From Williopsis jadinii (Eukaryota): 64,000 bases of DNA. The stretch's first letter is position 1; the number at the start of each line of letters is the position of its first letter. The notes under the pieces were generated by a model. That model worked only from the letters and a program-made list of their open reading frames with translations, was not told where the DNA came from and did no database searches. Where the stretch lies: assembly GCA_024346625.1 (NCBI GenBank), contig AP024664.1, positions 2,728,001-2,792,000 on the forward strand, read 5' to 3'. Positions 22,709 to 32,856 of this stretch are shown here, in pieces. A program made the position numbers and the translations under genes.

Positions 22709-23105
22709 TCATTGTTGAGATCGTATCTTACGATCAACTTTATCCAACTTGTCGTTGATTTTATTCACTGTTGGTAGTTCGGTTAGTAAGCCATCACAAT
22801 GGCCTGTGGAGACCGGGAGAGGAGTGTACGTATTTGCTCTAACTCACCAATCTTTGACACTTCTTCACTATTCTTTTCGATCTGCTTGTTCTATCCATAC
22901 GTGTTAGACAAGGAGGTGTATATAAATGTGTGCATACTCAACTTACTATGTCGTTCAACATATCCTCGATCTCCGTGGCCACATCGAATATCGTCACTGT
23001 TGAGCCACCTTCTTGTTGTTGAGATGTACTCTTACCGTCGTTGATCTGCGTGTTTGACTTTGAAGGTGTTGATAGAGGCGCCTCTTTCTGTGTGTCTTCG
23101 GACAT
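22709..23105 (-). CDS. Small coiled-coil protein, HSBP1-like (86 aa, 3 exons)
   Basis: Exons 23105-22947, 22890-22848, 22767-22709; introns GTAAGT..TCTAAC..TAG (56 nt) and GTGAGT..TACTAAC..CAG (80 nt); C-terminus VATEIEDMLNDINKQIEKNSEEVSKIVNKINDKLDKVDRKIRSQQ. Confidence 0.75.
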
Positions 23106-23229
23106 TGTACCGTGTGATGGCACTGGCGTGACTTACGGTATCGAGTTGGAAGTCTGCTGTTCGTCTCTGTGCGGAGGAAGGAAGTAGGGAATCTGTTTCT
23201 GGTTTTCCGTCGCAGTTTCACGAAACTGA

Positions 23230-23990
23230 GCCAAACTTCAATAATGGGGCCTTACTATCGTCAACGATGTCTGCTTAAAGGAGTGTCGAGCAGTCATTTG
23301 CCATCCGTTTCCATATGGTATAGCCAATGCAGAAACAGAATACAAGATGATGTGCTCTAAGCTCTTCGTTGGGAGCCACAACCGCCAGCTGAAGCTACTC
23401 TACCATCGATAGTACACAGTGTATGAAAGTTGTAAGTCCACATTCTCTGTCGCTTTCAAATAGCTTTGTACTCTGGCGGGACGGATCAACAGTGCTTTAG
23501 AGACTACAAATGAAGCATTTGGCCCTAGAATCACACACTCGGGTACTGTGAGGGAGTACTTGTCCTGGTCTACCCACGTTTAGGTATTGTGCGGTATCAC
23601 CAGCATAGGCCAACAGCTTAGCTTGGAACTAGAACCACTTCCCATGGCATTTCGAGTCTCTAGTCCAAACAGACAGACTCACCAATAGTGTGACCCAACA
23701 CTTTACAGAGTAATCACACTTTTGAAGCAATTTGGATGTGACATGTTAGGAGTACCGTGTTTCAATGACGATATTCGCAATGACTGGTGAGCTCCCAATG
23801 CATCGATGGGACCATTCTTATGACCATTCACCGTAGATGTGGAAATACAGTGTGTAACGTAAAAGACAGAAACCACTGCCACAGTACCTGCTGCCTACAG
23901 ACACTCTTCAAACGGCCTTACTGATGAGTACAGACGTGCCCTCGACTTGACCATCTCATGGTGTTCCACTAACACACACACATGTTAGCA
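23230..23990 (-). ncRNA. Candidate telomerase RNA (large structured ncRNA); ends approximate
   Basis: No credible ORF; many nested helices whose G-U pairs mostly favour the minus strand; an 18-nt element with 3-nt terminal repeats (UCCUAACAUGUCACAUCC, 23751-23734) starts directly after an 8-bp helix; 5'/3' long-range pairing. Confidence 0.6.
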
Positions 23991-24238
23991 CTGGGCCATG
24001 ACACGATCATCCGATGAATACCACCGTAGCACGTTGTTTCTCTGCTTGTTATCAATTGAGCAACATAGTATGTAACTACATAATGAGAATCATCATCATC
24101 ATAATAAAGGGCTTCTGATGGTTTAATCCCGGAGTGTTGTCTTGGTGATGCTTAAGCGGTTCTGGGTGACTATTAACGGCAAAAAACGTAAACACAGGGT
24201 TTTACATAATCAACAACAACATCAACAACAACAACAAA

Positions 24239-24757
24239 ATGGAGCTTAGAAGTGATGATTTACAACCCGTAGCACAGCTAGCAAACGCGTTGAACGATGT
24301 GTTAGAGGAATCTCACTGGAGAACAGAGGCACTATACGAAACACTGGGCCGAATTGGTGCTCTCAGTAAAATACCAATTGCTAAGCAGCGGTTAGATCAA
24401 CATGGAGGGTGTTTGAACAGAGATGAAGACGAGTCAACGAGATTACACAGGGAGAACATGGAGTTGATGGTGGAGATACAGAGACAGGAATACATCGGGA
24501 AGAAATGGGATACCATACTTAAACAGAATACAGATCTGCTGGACTCAATGGTTAGTTGGCTCCAGGAGAATAGCGACTCAGAGTCGCTATCCGAATTAAG
24601 ACAGAAGATTCAATTTTTACAGAACTCTTCAGAAAGGAGTAGGGAGTTGCTCTTGAAGAAGGCCGAGGTAGCACAACAGGACGCCGAAAGAATGCTGGAA
24701 ATTGTACAGGTTCTACAATCATTGCTAGACAAGGATATATCAACGTTTTATAAATAG
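24239..24757 (+). CDS. FAR3: Coiled-coil protein, probable Far3 (FAR complex)
   Basis: 172 aa coiled coil; same order and orientation as S. cerevisiae FAR3-STB2-STV1; the name rests mostly on synteny. Confidence 0.65.
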   Translation: MELRSDDLQPVAQLANALNDVLEESHWRTEALYETLGRIGALSKIPIAKQRLDQHGGCLNRDEDESTRLHRENMELMVEIQRQEYIGKKWDTILKQNTDLLDSMVSWLQENSDSESLSELRQKIQFLQNSSERSRELLLKKAEVAQQDAERMLEIVQVLQSLLDKDISTFYK

Positions 24758-24770
24758 TGTGTACACCATG

Positions 24771-26960
24771 TCATTCCTCCTTTTGCTCCCCTTTTGGGTC
24801 CAAAGACGCACCTGTTAACCACTTAACAGGTGTAAACTGCTCAATAATGCCCCAAATACGCTTGACCCTTTGTACGTCAAACCTATAATGCCAATACCCA
24901 TTGTTCCTGTCCTCTAAATCACTAGAATTGTTATCATTTGGATCAACAATTTGCCCATACTCTTCCATCCTTATAGCGTCTTCGAACTGTTTAATCTTCA
25001 ACTCAAATCCATTGACACTCTCTTGTGCATCTCTAACTCTAGTTCCGAGCAGTCTCATCTCATACTCTAACCGTGATCCAAGTGCTCTTATGTCGTTAAT
25101 GCCCAAGTGTAACCTCTGGTCGTTGTTCACCTGTGACTCACACTTGTTGAAAACAGGCTTAGCAAAGTGACCAACTCTCGTCAGTTTAGTATGACACCTT
25201 TCCCATTGTTCATGGTATTCCTTTCTTTGACTGTCAACAGCTTCAGCACACTCTTTGGAGTACAACAACTTCCATTCAAGCCGTTTCAATTGATGTGCAA
25301 CAAAGATAGGAGAGACCGTGGTACACCACGGGAGTACAGAATCGCTTATAAAAGAAGTTGATTTACAACGTCTCAACAACTTTTCCTCCCATTGTCTGTC
25401 GTCCAAATTCGTCGAATGGTTTGTATAACCCAACTGCTCAACAGTTAACTCTTCTCTAATAAATGGGTATGATGAGCGTCTTTTCAGCTCTTTCTTGCAA
25501 ACGTCATCGTCACATATAACACGTTTGCTAACGTTTTCCTTGTGCTTTGTCTCATCTAGCACTTGGCACAGATTATCAACACTTGCGCTTTCACTGCTCT
25601 TGTAATCAGACGAGCCTTTATATCCCTTTCTGCGGATCATGTAGTCATCCACTTGTAATCTCTTTGGAAAGTTTCTAATCTTACCAACACCACTTTTCAA
25701 TGCTGATGCAGTTGTCATTTGAGCTTGAATTCTTTCATAGTATTCAAACTGCTTCAAATCCATCGGATTGCCCTTCCCAAACCAAAGGTACTCTAATCTT
25801 GGGCTGCAATGGAAGTACCTGATGGCTCTTTCCAAATCAGTGGTTAGAACGTCCTGTGCAATTCTCTCTGAAGACGTCTTACCGGATATATCGTGGACTC
25901 TGGACTTAACAACATTCTTCAGCTTGGATATATCGGACGCTGATGTCTTGGAAGTGACTTTGAACAGTTTCTCAACGGTTGCTGGATCCAAATACCAGGT
26001 TCTCTGTAGGTTATATTGTTTTTGGAATTTACCAACAATGACTCTAAAACTGAAGTAGTTGAACGGCTCCTTAGGGAAATCGATAGAGGCCATATCAAAC
26101 CTGTAATGACAGCTCAATACGAATCCCAATATAGCAGATACTGTCATCGGGCCCAAAGTCCGTTCCTTTGGCTGAACACCATAGTACAGTGCACCGTACA
26201 TAACCCACCATTTCGTGATATTCTCCTCGGTCTTGTTACACAACAGGCCATCAACAAACACCGGGTCCAAGAGCTTGAAATCGACAAGACAGATCTGTAG
26301 AAGCATCACCAATTCTCTAACAGAGTACATGATATCCACCGTTGGATGTGTCTTGTAGACTTGACGGAATTTGTCCTCACACGCGTCTGATGGGGAACAT
26401 AACAGCAGGGCAGATCTTCCACCACAGTTCATTCTTTTCATATTGACGTTCACCTTGAAGCACTCCCAGACATCCATGACACAGCCATTGGGCACAGGCA
26501 CCAGGTTCAAATTCGAAGGCACTGAGGACAAGTTTGTAATGAAGACAAGCCCCTTTTCAGTTTCCTTCAAGCTTCCACCGTTGAGTTCAACCTCCTTGAA
26601 GAAGTGGAGTATCTTTTCACTCCATGTGGAGCGATCCTTGGGCAACGTTACCTGAGCACACTGTACTTTATGTTCAGAATCACCGGTGAACACAGTTATA
26701 ACGTTGCAGTACTTGCGCTCACAGGCCCATTGCTCCACTATATAGATCTCGAACCCTGTTATGTCGACAAACCTGAACTCCTCCTTGGAATAGATATTGT
26801 TCAGCAAGTGACAGTCCGGGAACAGGTATGTGACAACTTCACCGGAGTTGGTCTGTTCGAGCTTCGCCATGTTATCCGTGGTTGTCTCGCACCGAGACAG
26901 GTTTGATTTGGCACCACTCGCCGGTCTCAGCTCGGGATACGCCAACGGATTGGACATCAT
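24771..26960 (-). CDS. STB2: Sin3-binding protein Stb2/Stb6
   Basis: GFEIYIVEQWACER, LVFITNLSSVPSNLNLVPVP, KRMNCGGRSALLL, DGLLCNKT; first ATG at 26960. Confidence 0.88.
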   Translation of the reverse strand: MMSNPLAYPELRPASGAKSNLSRCETTTDNMAKLEQTNSGEVVTYLFPDCHLLNNIYSKEEFRFVDITGFEIYIVEQWACERKYCNVITVFTGDSEHKVQCAQVTLPKDRSTWSEKILHFFKEVELNGGSLKETEKGLVFITNLSSVPSNLNLVPVPNGCVMDVWECFKVNVNMKRMNCGGRSALLLCSPSDACEDKFRQVYKTHPTVDIMYSVRELVMLLQICLVDFKLLDPVFVDGLLCNKTEENITKWWVMYGALYYGVQPKERTLGPMTVSAILGFVLSCHYRFDMASIDFPKEPFNYFSFRVIVGKFQKQYNLQRTWYLDPATVEKLFKVTSKTSASDISKLKNVVKSRVHDISGKTSSERIAQDVLTTDLERAIRYFHCSPRLEYLWFGKGNPMDLKQFEYYERIQAQMTTASALKSGVGKIRNFPKRLQVDDYMIRRKGYKGSSDYKSSESASVDNLCQVLDETKHKENVSKRVICDDDVCKKELKRRSSYPFIREELTVEQLGYTNHSTNLDDRQWEEKLLRRCKSTSFISDSVLPWCTTVSPIFVAHQLKRLEWKLLYSKECAEAVDSQRKEYHEQWERCHTKLTRVGHFAKPVFNKCESQVNNDQRLHLGINDIRALGSRLEYEMRLLGTRVRDAQESVNGFELKIKQFEDAIRMEEYGQIVDPNDNNSSDLEDRNNGYWHYRFDVQRVKRIWGIIEQFTPVKWLTGASLDPKGEQKEE

Positions 26961-27222
26961 CGTTCTTGAGACCACCACCTCGACTCTGTAGAACCACACA
27001 CACGCACTCGCACGCACTCCAGAGAAATATCAACTGTACCCGCAACCTCAATGACAGGAGACAATTCGAACTGAGAGCCTGCTCAGCACGTATACCTGCC
27101 GGTACGCGCAGCATGTGCCAACCTGGGGACTTCCGAGGGGCGCACCACGTGCGCCTACCCCGGATATCCCCACCATCCTATGCGGGATTACGTCATCCCA
27201 GGGTGTGTGTGTGTAACAACAC

Positions 27223-27346
27223 ACACCCGGACACCCAGCCGCCCACCACCCACCGGCAAGCGTTTTCCCACTGCTTCCGAGCCTGTCCCCTTTTTCCCCT
27301 TTGAGAAGCGTGCGTTGTTTTCTGTGCGTGCGTGTGTGTCTGGGTG
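27223..27346. promoter_or_regulatory. Rap1-like sites in the GC-rich STB2/STV1 divergent promoter
   Basis: ACACCCGGACACCCA at 27223-27237 and GTGTCTGGGTG at 27336-27346. Confidence 0.5.
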
Positions 27347-27504
27347 GGATTTCCATTCTGAGCTTATAAAGAGTACGTGGAAACTTTTCACGTTTTGGTG
27401 TGTGTTGTTAGTTAGAAAAGCATCAAAGCACAGCAACGAGGTTTGAAGTTTTTCCCCAGACCACCAAGGAGACATAATTGTAAAGAGGGAGTAGAATTGC
27501 TACG

Positions 27505-30101
27505 ATGACTGAGGAGGCCATTTTCCGTATGTTCTATGCTAATGACGAGCGCATCATCCCGTTGAGGCTGATCAACGGTGCTGTGGGAAAGATCCCCTTG
27601 TACTAACAGACATGCCTTCCCTTTGGGGGGCTCAAGCAGGCTCAGCAGAGATGTCCTTTGCGGAGTTGTACATTCCCCTGGACACCGCCAGAGAGGTTGT
27701 CCTGGCGCTGGGTGAACAGGGAATGGTGCACTTTGTCGATAAGAACAGCGACGTGAGCGCCTTCCAGAGGGCCTTTGTCAAGGAGATCAGACGGTTGGAC
27801 AATACCGAGCGTCAACTGCGTTACCTCCGCAACGTCATTGAGCACAGCCATCAGATCGGCCTGGCACACGATGCCCATCTGACGCTACAGCCGACGTCAG
27901 TGACACAGATCGAGCAGCTGTCGCACGATATCGATGTCCTTGAGCAGAGGGTGTCGCAGTTGGAGCCATCGTACCTGAGCCTGGTGAAACGTCACGCCTC
28001 ACTGATAGAGCACAGACAAGTGTTGAAAGGTTCGAGACAGTTCTTCCAGAGTGGTATCCAGTCACAGGCCAGAATCAGTATAGACCAGGTGGACAACGCT
28101 CCGTTGTTGCTGGAGCAGGAGAGCTTGGAGGCTGGGATCCAATTGTCCGATTTGCAAGATCTGACGTTGAACTACGTCATTGGATCGATTCCAACAGCCA
28201 AGGTTGACATCTTGAACAGGATCCTGTGGAGATCTCTGAGAGGTAACCTCTACATGAACAGTAAACCGCTAGAAGAACCAGACGAAGAGAAGCATAGCGA
28301 AGAGCAAGTCGAGAAGAGTGTCTTTATCGTGTTCACACATGGTCAATTGCTCTTATCACGGGTTAAGAAGATTGCAGAGTCACTAGAAGGGCATGTCTAC
28401 AACGACATTGGCTCTGATCCGGAGTTATACGACCAGGTTGTGAAAGATCTAAACATGAAGATCACAGACTTGACCCAGGTTATGTTCAGCACACACCAGC
28501 AATTAGAAGCCGAGCTGTTTGTCATTGCAGACCAGCTGGAGGTTTGGCAAGCGATTGTTAAAAGGGAAAAGATGATATACTCGACGATGAACTTGTTCTC
28601 TGACGGCTCCCGTGGATTGGTGGCTGAAGGCTGGATCCCAACGTCGGAAATCGCCTCTGTTAAGAACGTCTTGAGAGACATTGAAGGTTCAGGTAGTGCT
28701 GTGCTTAGTTTGCTTCACACGAGAAAATCACCCCCAACCTATCACAAGACGAACAAATTCACAGACGCTTTCCAATCAATCGTCGATGCCTATGGTGTCG
28801 CTAGTTACCAGGAGGTGAACCCTGGTCTTGCCACGGTGGTCACTTTCCCTTTCATGTTTGCTATCATGTTTGGTGACTTAGGACATGGATTCATCGTTTT
28901 CTTAATTGCATTGCTGCTTGTCCTCAAAGAAAAGACATTGCAGTACCAGAAGAAGGATGAGATCTTCGACATGGCATTCTCAGGCCGTTATATCCTCTTA
29001 CTGATGGGGTTATTCTCAATGTACACAGGATTGATGTACAACGATATCTTTTCCAGATCAATGACACTGTTCCGTTCTGGATGGGAGTGGCCAAAAGTAG
29101 AAACTGCAGGAGAGACCGTCGTTGCTGAGAGAGTTGGAGTATATCCATTTGGTCTGGATTGGGCCTGGCACGGTGCTGAGAACAATCTGATCTTTACAAA
29201 CTCTTACAAGATGAAGTTGTCGATTTTGATGGGTTATATGCATATGTCATACTCATTTCTGTTTTCACTTGTGAATTACCGTTTTAGACATTCAAGAGTT
29301 GATATAATTGGTAATTTCATCCCTGGCTTGATATTTATGCAATCTATCTTTGGTTATCTGTCGTTCACCATTGTCTTTAAATGGGCTCACAATTGGATCG
29401 AGATGGGCAAACCTGCTCCTGGCTTGCTCAACATGTTGATCAACATGTTTTTAGCTCCTGGTACCATTGATGATGAGCTATATCCATTCCAAGGCTTTGT
29501 GCAGTCGATTCTCGTTCTGCTGGCACTTGCCTGCGTACCAATGCTGTTGCTATACAAGCCAATGACTCTACGCAGAAAGAACAACCTCGCAATACAGGCA
29601 GGTTATACAAGCATACATGAACAGGAGCATACAGAGACAGTTCAAGATCGTGAGGAAGCTGCTGGGGATGATTTTGTTATCACCCATTCTGGAAGTGAGG
29701 ACCACGAGGAGTTCAACTTTGGTGATATTATGATCCACCAGGTTATTCACACCATTGAGTTTTGCTTGAACTGTGTTTCTCATACAGCATCTTATCTGAG
29801 ATTGTGGGCTTTATCACTTGCACATGCCCAGTTATCCTCTGTTCTTTGGTCCATGACAATCGCTAATGCCTTCACCTCTGTTGATCCAAAAGCACCAGTG
29901 CAAGTGATCAAATGTGTCGTTTTATTTGCCATGTGGTTCTGCCTCACCGTGGCGATCTTGGTTATGATGGAAGGTACATCTGCGATGTTACATTCTTTAC
30001 GTCTTCACTGGGTTGAAGCCATGTCGAAATTCTTCGAAGGTGAAGGTTATGCATACGAGCCCTTCAATTTCCAGCATATTAACGAGGAGGAGACACTATA
30101 G
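27505..30101 (+). CDS. STV1: V-ATPase V0 subunit a, Golgi/endosomal Stv1 isoform (2 exons)
   Basis: Exon1 27505-27526, intron 27527-27639 (GTATGT..TACTAAC..CAG) restores MTEEAIFRSAEMS; KVDILNRILWR is Stv1-like; HTASYLRLWALSLAH; synteny with STB2. Confidence 0.88.
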
Positions 30102-30159
30102 AAATGTTCTGTTTTAGTTGGTTTTTAGTCCATTGAGCCTTGTTTATTCTTGTCCTTGT

Positions 30160-31566
30160 TTATATAGCACAATGCGAAGATCCATCATCATGGATTGCGT
30201 TTATAATTGTCTGAGTAGATGATATGATCATCGTTGCGAATCCAAACCCAATGATTGAATATAGTACGATACGTCTTGGAAGCGTCTTGTGAGTCATCTT
30301 GAGATAACACATCGGTGGTAAAATATATGCCATGATTGAAGCTGTTGTAGCACCTATAAGTTCAAAGAGAGCACCGAGGTTACATGTCGTCAGTGATATA
30401 CCCATAGTGACACCGACAAGTACTGAAGTGAAGATGAGATGTGCTCTGGGCGATAGCTCAGGGCTTGAATCCCTATTTATATAGTACAAGTCCCTCAGTA
30501 CATCACGGAGAACAAAGATCTCCAAGGGATATGTTGTTAGCATGTTAAACCCAAAGCAGAATCTCGCAATGTTAACAACAGGGTCATTTCCCGGGAAGTT
30601 ATTGAGGATATTACCCTTGGTCTTGTCTTTGAATATTAGGAAGCCACCAAATCCCAATAGGGCAATAGCAACCATTGAAACGAAGCAGCTGGCATGTGTC
30701 ACTTTGGCAAATCTGTTCAATGATGGCTTTTTCAACGAGTGGAAGATGAAGCTCGTATTGTGATGACACACCAGTGCGAAAGAGATGACACTTATACCTT
30801 GGAATATTCTAGCATTGATGAAATAATCGCTCAGTCGTAGAGACCCCTTCCATTCTGAAGGCAGCCTTGGACCACTGACCAATACAATGACGATAATTAC
30901 AACCATACTCAGCAATGCCAGAGCACTTGCCTTCGCCAGCTTGGAGATGTCTTTACTCAGAGACAACGGGAACGATATGGTCAACGTGACAAACAGTATG
31001 ATGAAGTTTCTTGAAAAGATAAAAGAGAGGAAAACAGAATCCTTGTACGATGGGAAGAATGATCTCAGTATGTGAGGTATCGTATCACCGATAATGATAC
31101 AAAACCCGATACTCCCGCCAAATGCAAACAGAGCCTGTGTGAGGATGATCACTATCTTGCCTCGTTTACCGAAACAGTGCTCCACCGTGTCCTGGTACGT
31201 CTCCTTCCCACTCAGCTTGAGGTTGATAACGATCAGACGTAACGTGTAATCAACCAGCAGCGTGAGGACGATAAGTGCCAGCGCACCGCCGAGCACACCA
31301 CAGTTCTTCATAGCAAAGGGCGTTCCAATGGCACCAGCACCCAGGATAGAGTTGGCCATGTTCATAAACGCCATTTGAAGTGTGGAAGTGTGTAAATCCG
31401 GCATCTCCAGCGTGCTGTGAAGAGGGTCTTCTGCCCGCTGCATCTCCAGCAGTTCCAAGTCATTGTCCAAAGAGTCCACGTCTGAGAACTCGTCGTTCAG
31501 AAAAGGGTCAAAATCATCATCGGATTCATAGGACTGCGAGGGTACGGAGGTGTATTTGGGTGGCAT
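30160..31566 (-). CDS. AVT2: Amino-acid transporter Avt2 (AAAP family)
   Basis: MAFMNMANSILGAG, SFALVCHHNTSFIF, KTKGNILNNFP, ARFCFGFNMLTT. Confidence 0.85.
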   Translation of the reverse strand: MPPKYTSVPSQSYESDDDFDPFLNDEFSDVDSLDNDLELLEMQRAEDPLHSTLEMPDLHTSTLQMAFMNMANSILGAGAIGTPFAMKNCGVLGGALALIVLTLLVDYTLRLIVINLKLSGKETYQDTVEHCFGKRGKIVIILTQALFAFGGSIGFCIIIGDTIPHILRSFFPSYKDSVFLSFIFSRNFIILFVTLTISFPLSLSKDISKLAKASALALLSMVVIIVIVLVSGPRLPSEWKGSLRLSDYFINARIFQGISVISFALVCHHNTSFIFHSLKKPSLNRFAKVTHASCFVSMVAIALLGFGGFLIFKDKTKGNILNNFPGNDPVVNIARFCFGFNMLTTYPLEIFVLRDVLRDLYYINRDSSPELSPRAHLIFTSVLVGVTMGISLTTCNLGALFELIGATTASIMAYILPPMCYLKMTHKTLPRRIVLYSIIGFGFATMIISSTQTIINAIHDDGSSHCAI

Positions 31567-31803
31567 CGTCTATCTTCCCTGCTGATCTAATCGTGATTTC
31601 TGATGGTTGTGTGTGTTGATGCTACTTGTTGCAAAACCTGTACAAACCGGAAAGGACAAAAAAAGCCTGGACAAGACATAAGTTCTTCAACGGGACAAAA
31701 TTCATTAAGGGCCGATAGTCCCACTTTTATACAGGCAAGACAAGACATTTTTATCATTGGTTGGTGAGTTGATACATAGCACACAATTAGTTTATTAGCG
31801 TCG

Positions 31804-32490
31804 TTATACATTCTCAAGAACCTGTTCGTATACAGAGGCCAGTTGGTCATGGTACCCTGTGACTTGTGCTCTTTCGAACGCTGTCACTATGGATGGTCTT
31901 GTCCTCTCAGCTAACGATACAAGTCTAACGACTTCAGTTTGCTTCATAAGAGGTAACAGTTTTGTAAATTTCGTATCGAGTAGTTTCAACAGATCGAGCA
32001 CATCCTGGGAGACTCCCTTGAAGTTGAGCTTGTCGAGGGCGTCGGTGATGTCACCTGCAATTGTCAGCAGATAGTCCACTTGTCCAAAGAGGATCTTCTT
32101 GTCAATGTCATCTCCCTTCAAAGAGAGCAGAATGAATTCACAAAGCTGTTGGTAGTCTGCAATGATTTCCCCAGTGGAGTACTGGTTCATACCTAGTAGC
32201 TTTATGGTCTTGCGACGCACCTCCATGAGTTGCTCATCAACGTAGTTGATGAATTTGGACTGCTGCGTGACAGAGAGTCGTCTCGAAGCACTCGGCGACG
32301 GTGATAGTGCAGTGGCATCATTTGTTCGTCTCGCCTCTAAATCGGGGTTCAAGTCCAGGAACCCAACCTCTTCTTCATTCAAGCTTCTCTGCGGTAGCTC
32401 AACTTCCGTATCCGGCGCAGGTAAAGGTGGCGAGCCCGGCGTGTTGTACACCCTGTCGTAATCTGGGGGTTTGAAATGTGCAGTAGGCAT
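31804..32490 (-). CDS. TFB6: Probable TFIIH-associated Tfb6-family protein
   Basis: 228 aa; RRLSVTQQSKFINYVDEQL and FGQVDYLLTIAGD resemble the Tfb6 family. Confidence 0.65.
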   Translation of the reverse strand: MPTAHFKPPDYDRVYNTPGSPPLPAPDTEVELPQRSLNEEEVGFLDLNPDLEARRTNDATALSPSPSASRRLSVTQQSKFINYVDEQLMEVRRKTIKLLGMNQYSTGEIIADYQQLCEFILLSLKGDDIDKKILFGQVDYLLTIAGDITDALDKLNFKGVSQDVLDLLKLLDTKFTKLLPLMKQTEVVRLVSLAERTRPSIVTAFERAQVTGYHDQLASVYEQVLENV

Positions 32491-32856
32491 CGCTTTCCTC
32501 AGATTAATCCTTCTTCTTTGTATTCTTGGGTCCGTTCCAATCCAGCCTTAGTGATGATAGAGCGTTATGATTCGAAAAGAAGAGTACGATACTGATCAGC
32601 TTAAGTCCTTATTGGCTTCACAGAGAACGATGTGGTCTGCTTCCTCCTTCCAATACCAATGGAGAAGTGTTCCGCATTGTTGTCCGTATTTTTTCCTTCT
32701 GTCCCACAAGTCTTCTCGGCAAAATCAATTGAAATTTGTCCACTCGGGGATGCTTATTTATCCGGGACAAAAGTTTTTTTTGTCCCGGATGAGTTCTTAT
32801 GCTCTCCTTGTTGAGATCAAAGTACCCACCAACCTGTATTTTATTAGGGTGACACC

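Noticed and set aside
23665..23685. Alternative plus-strand template CCAAACAGACAGACTCACCAA
   Set aside because: Wrong strand for most wobble pairs, and the predicted repeat gives no Rap1-like site
23922..24003. Plus-strand TGATGA, AGCACTGGGC (10-nt match to 25S near Cm2197) and a hairpin followed by ACA: snR76-, snR30- or H/ACA-like
   Set aside because: No proper D or H box spacing; 10-nt rRNA matches are frequent by chance; G-U polarity of the locus mostly favours the minus strand
26882..27475. Several overlapping 80-140 aa ORFs
   Set aside because: GC-rich, GT/CA-repeat divergent promoter that lacks stops by composition
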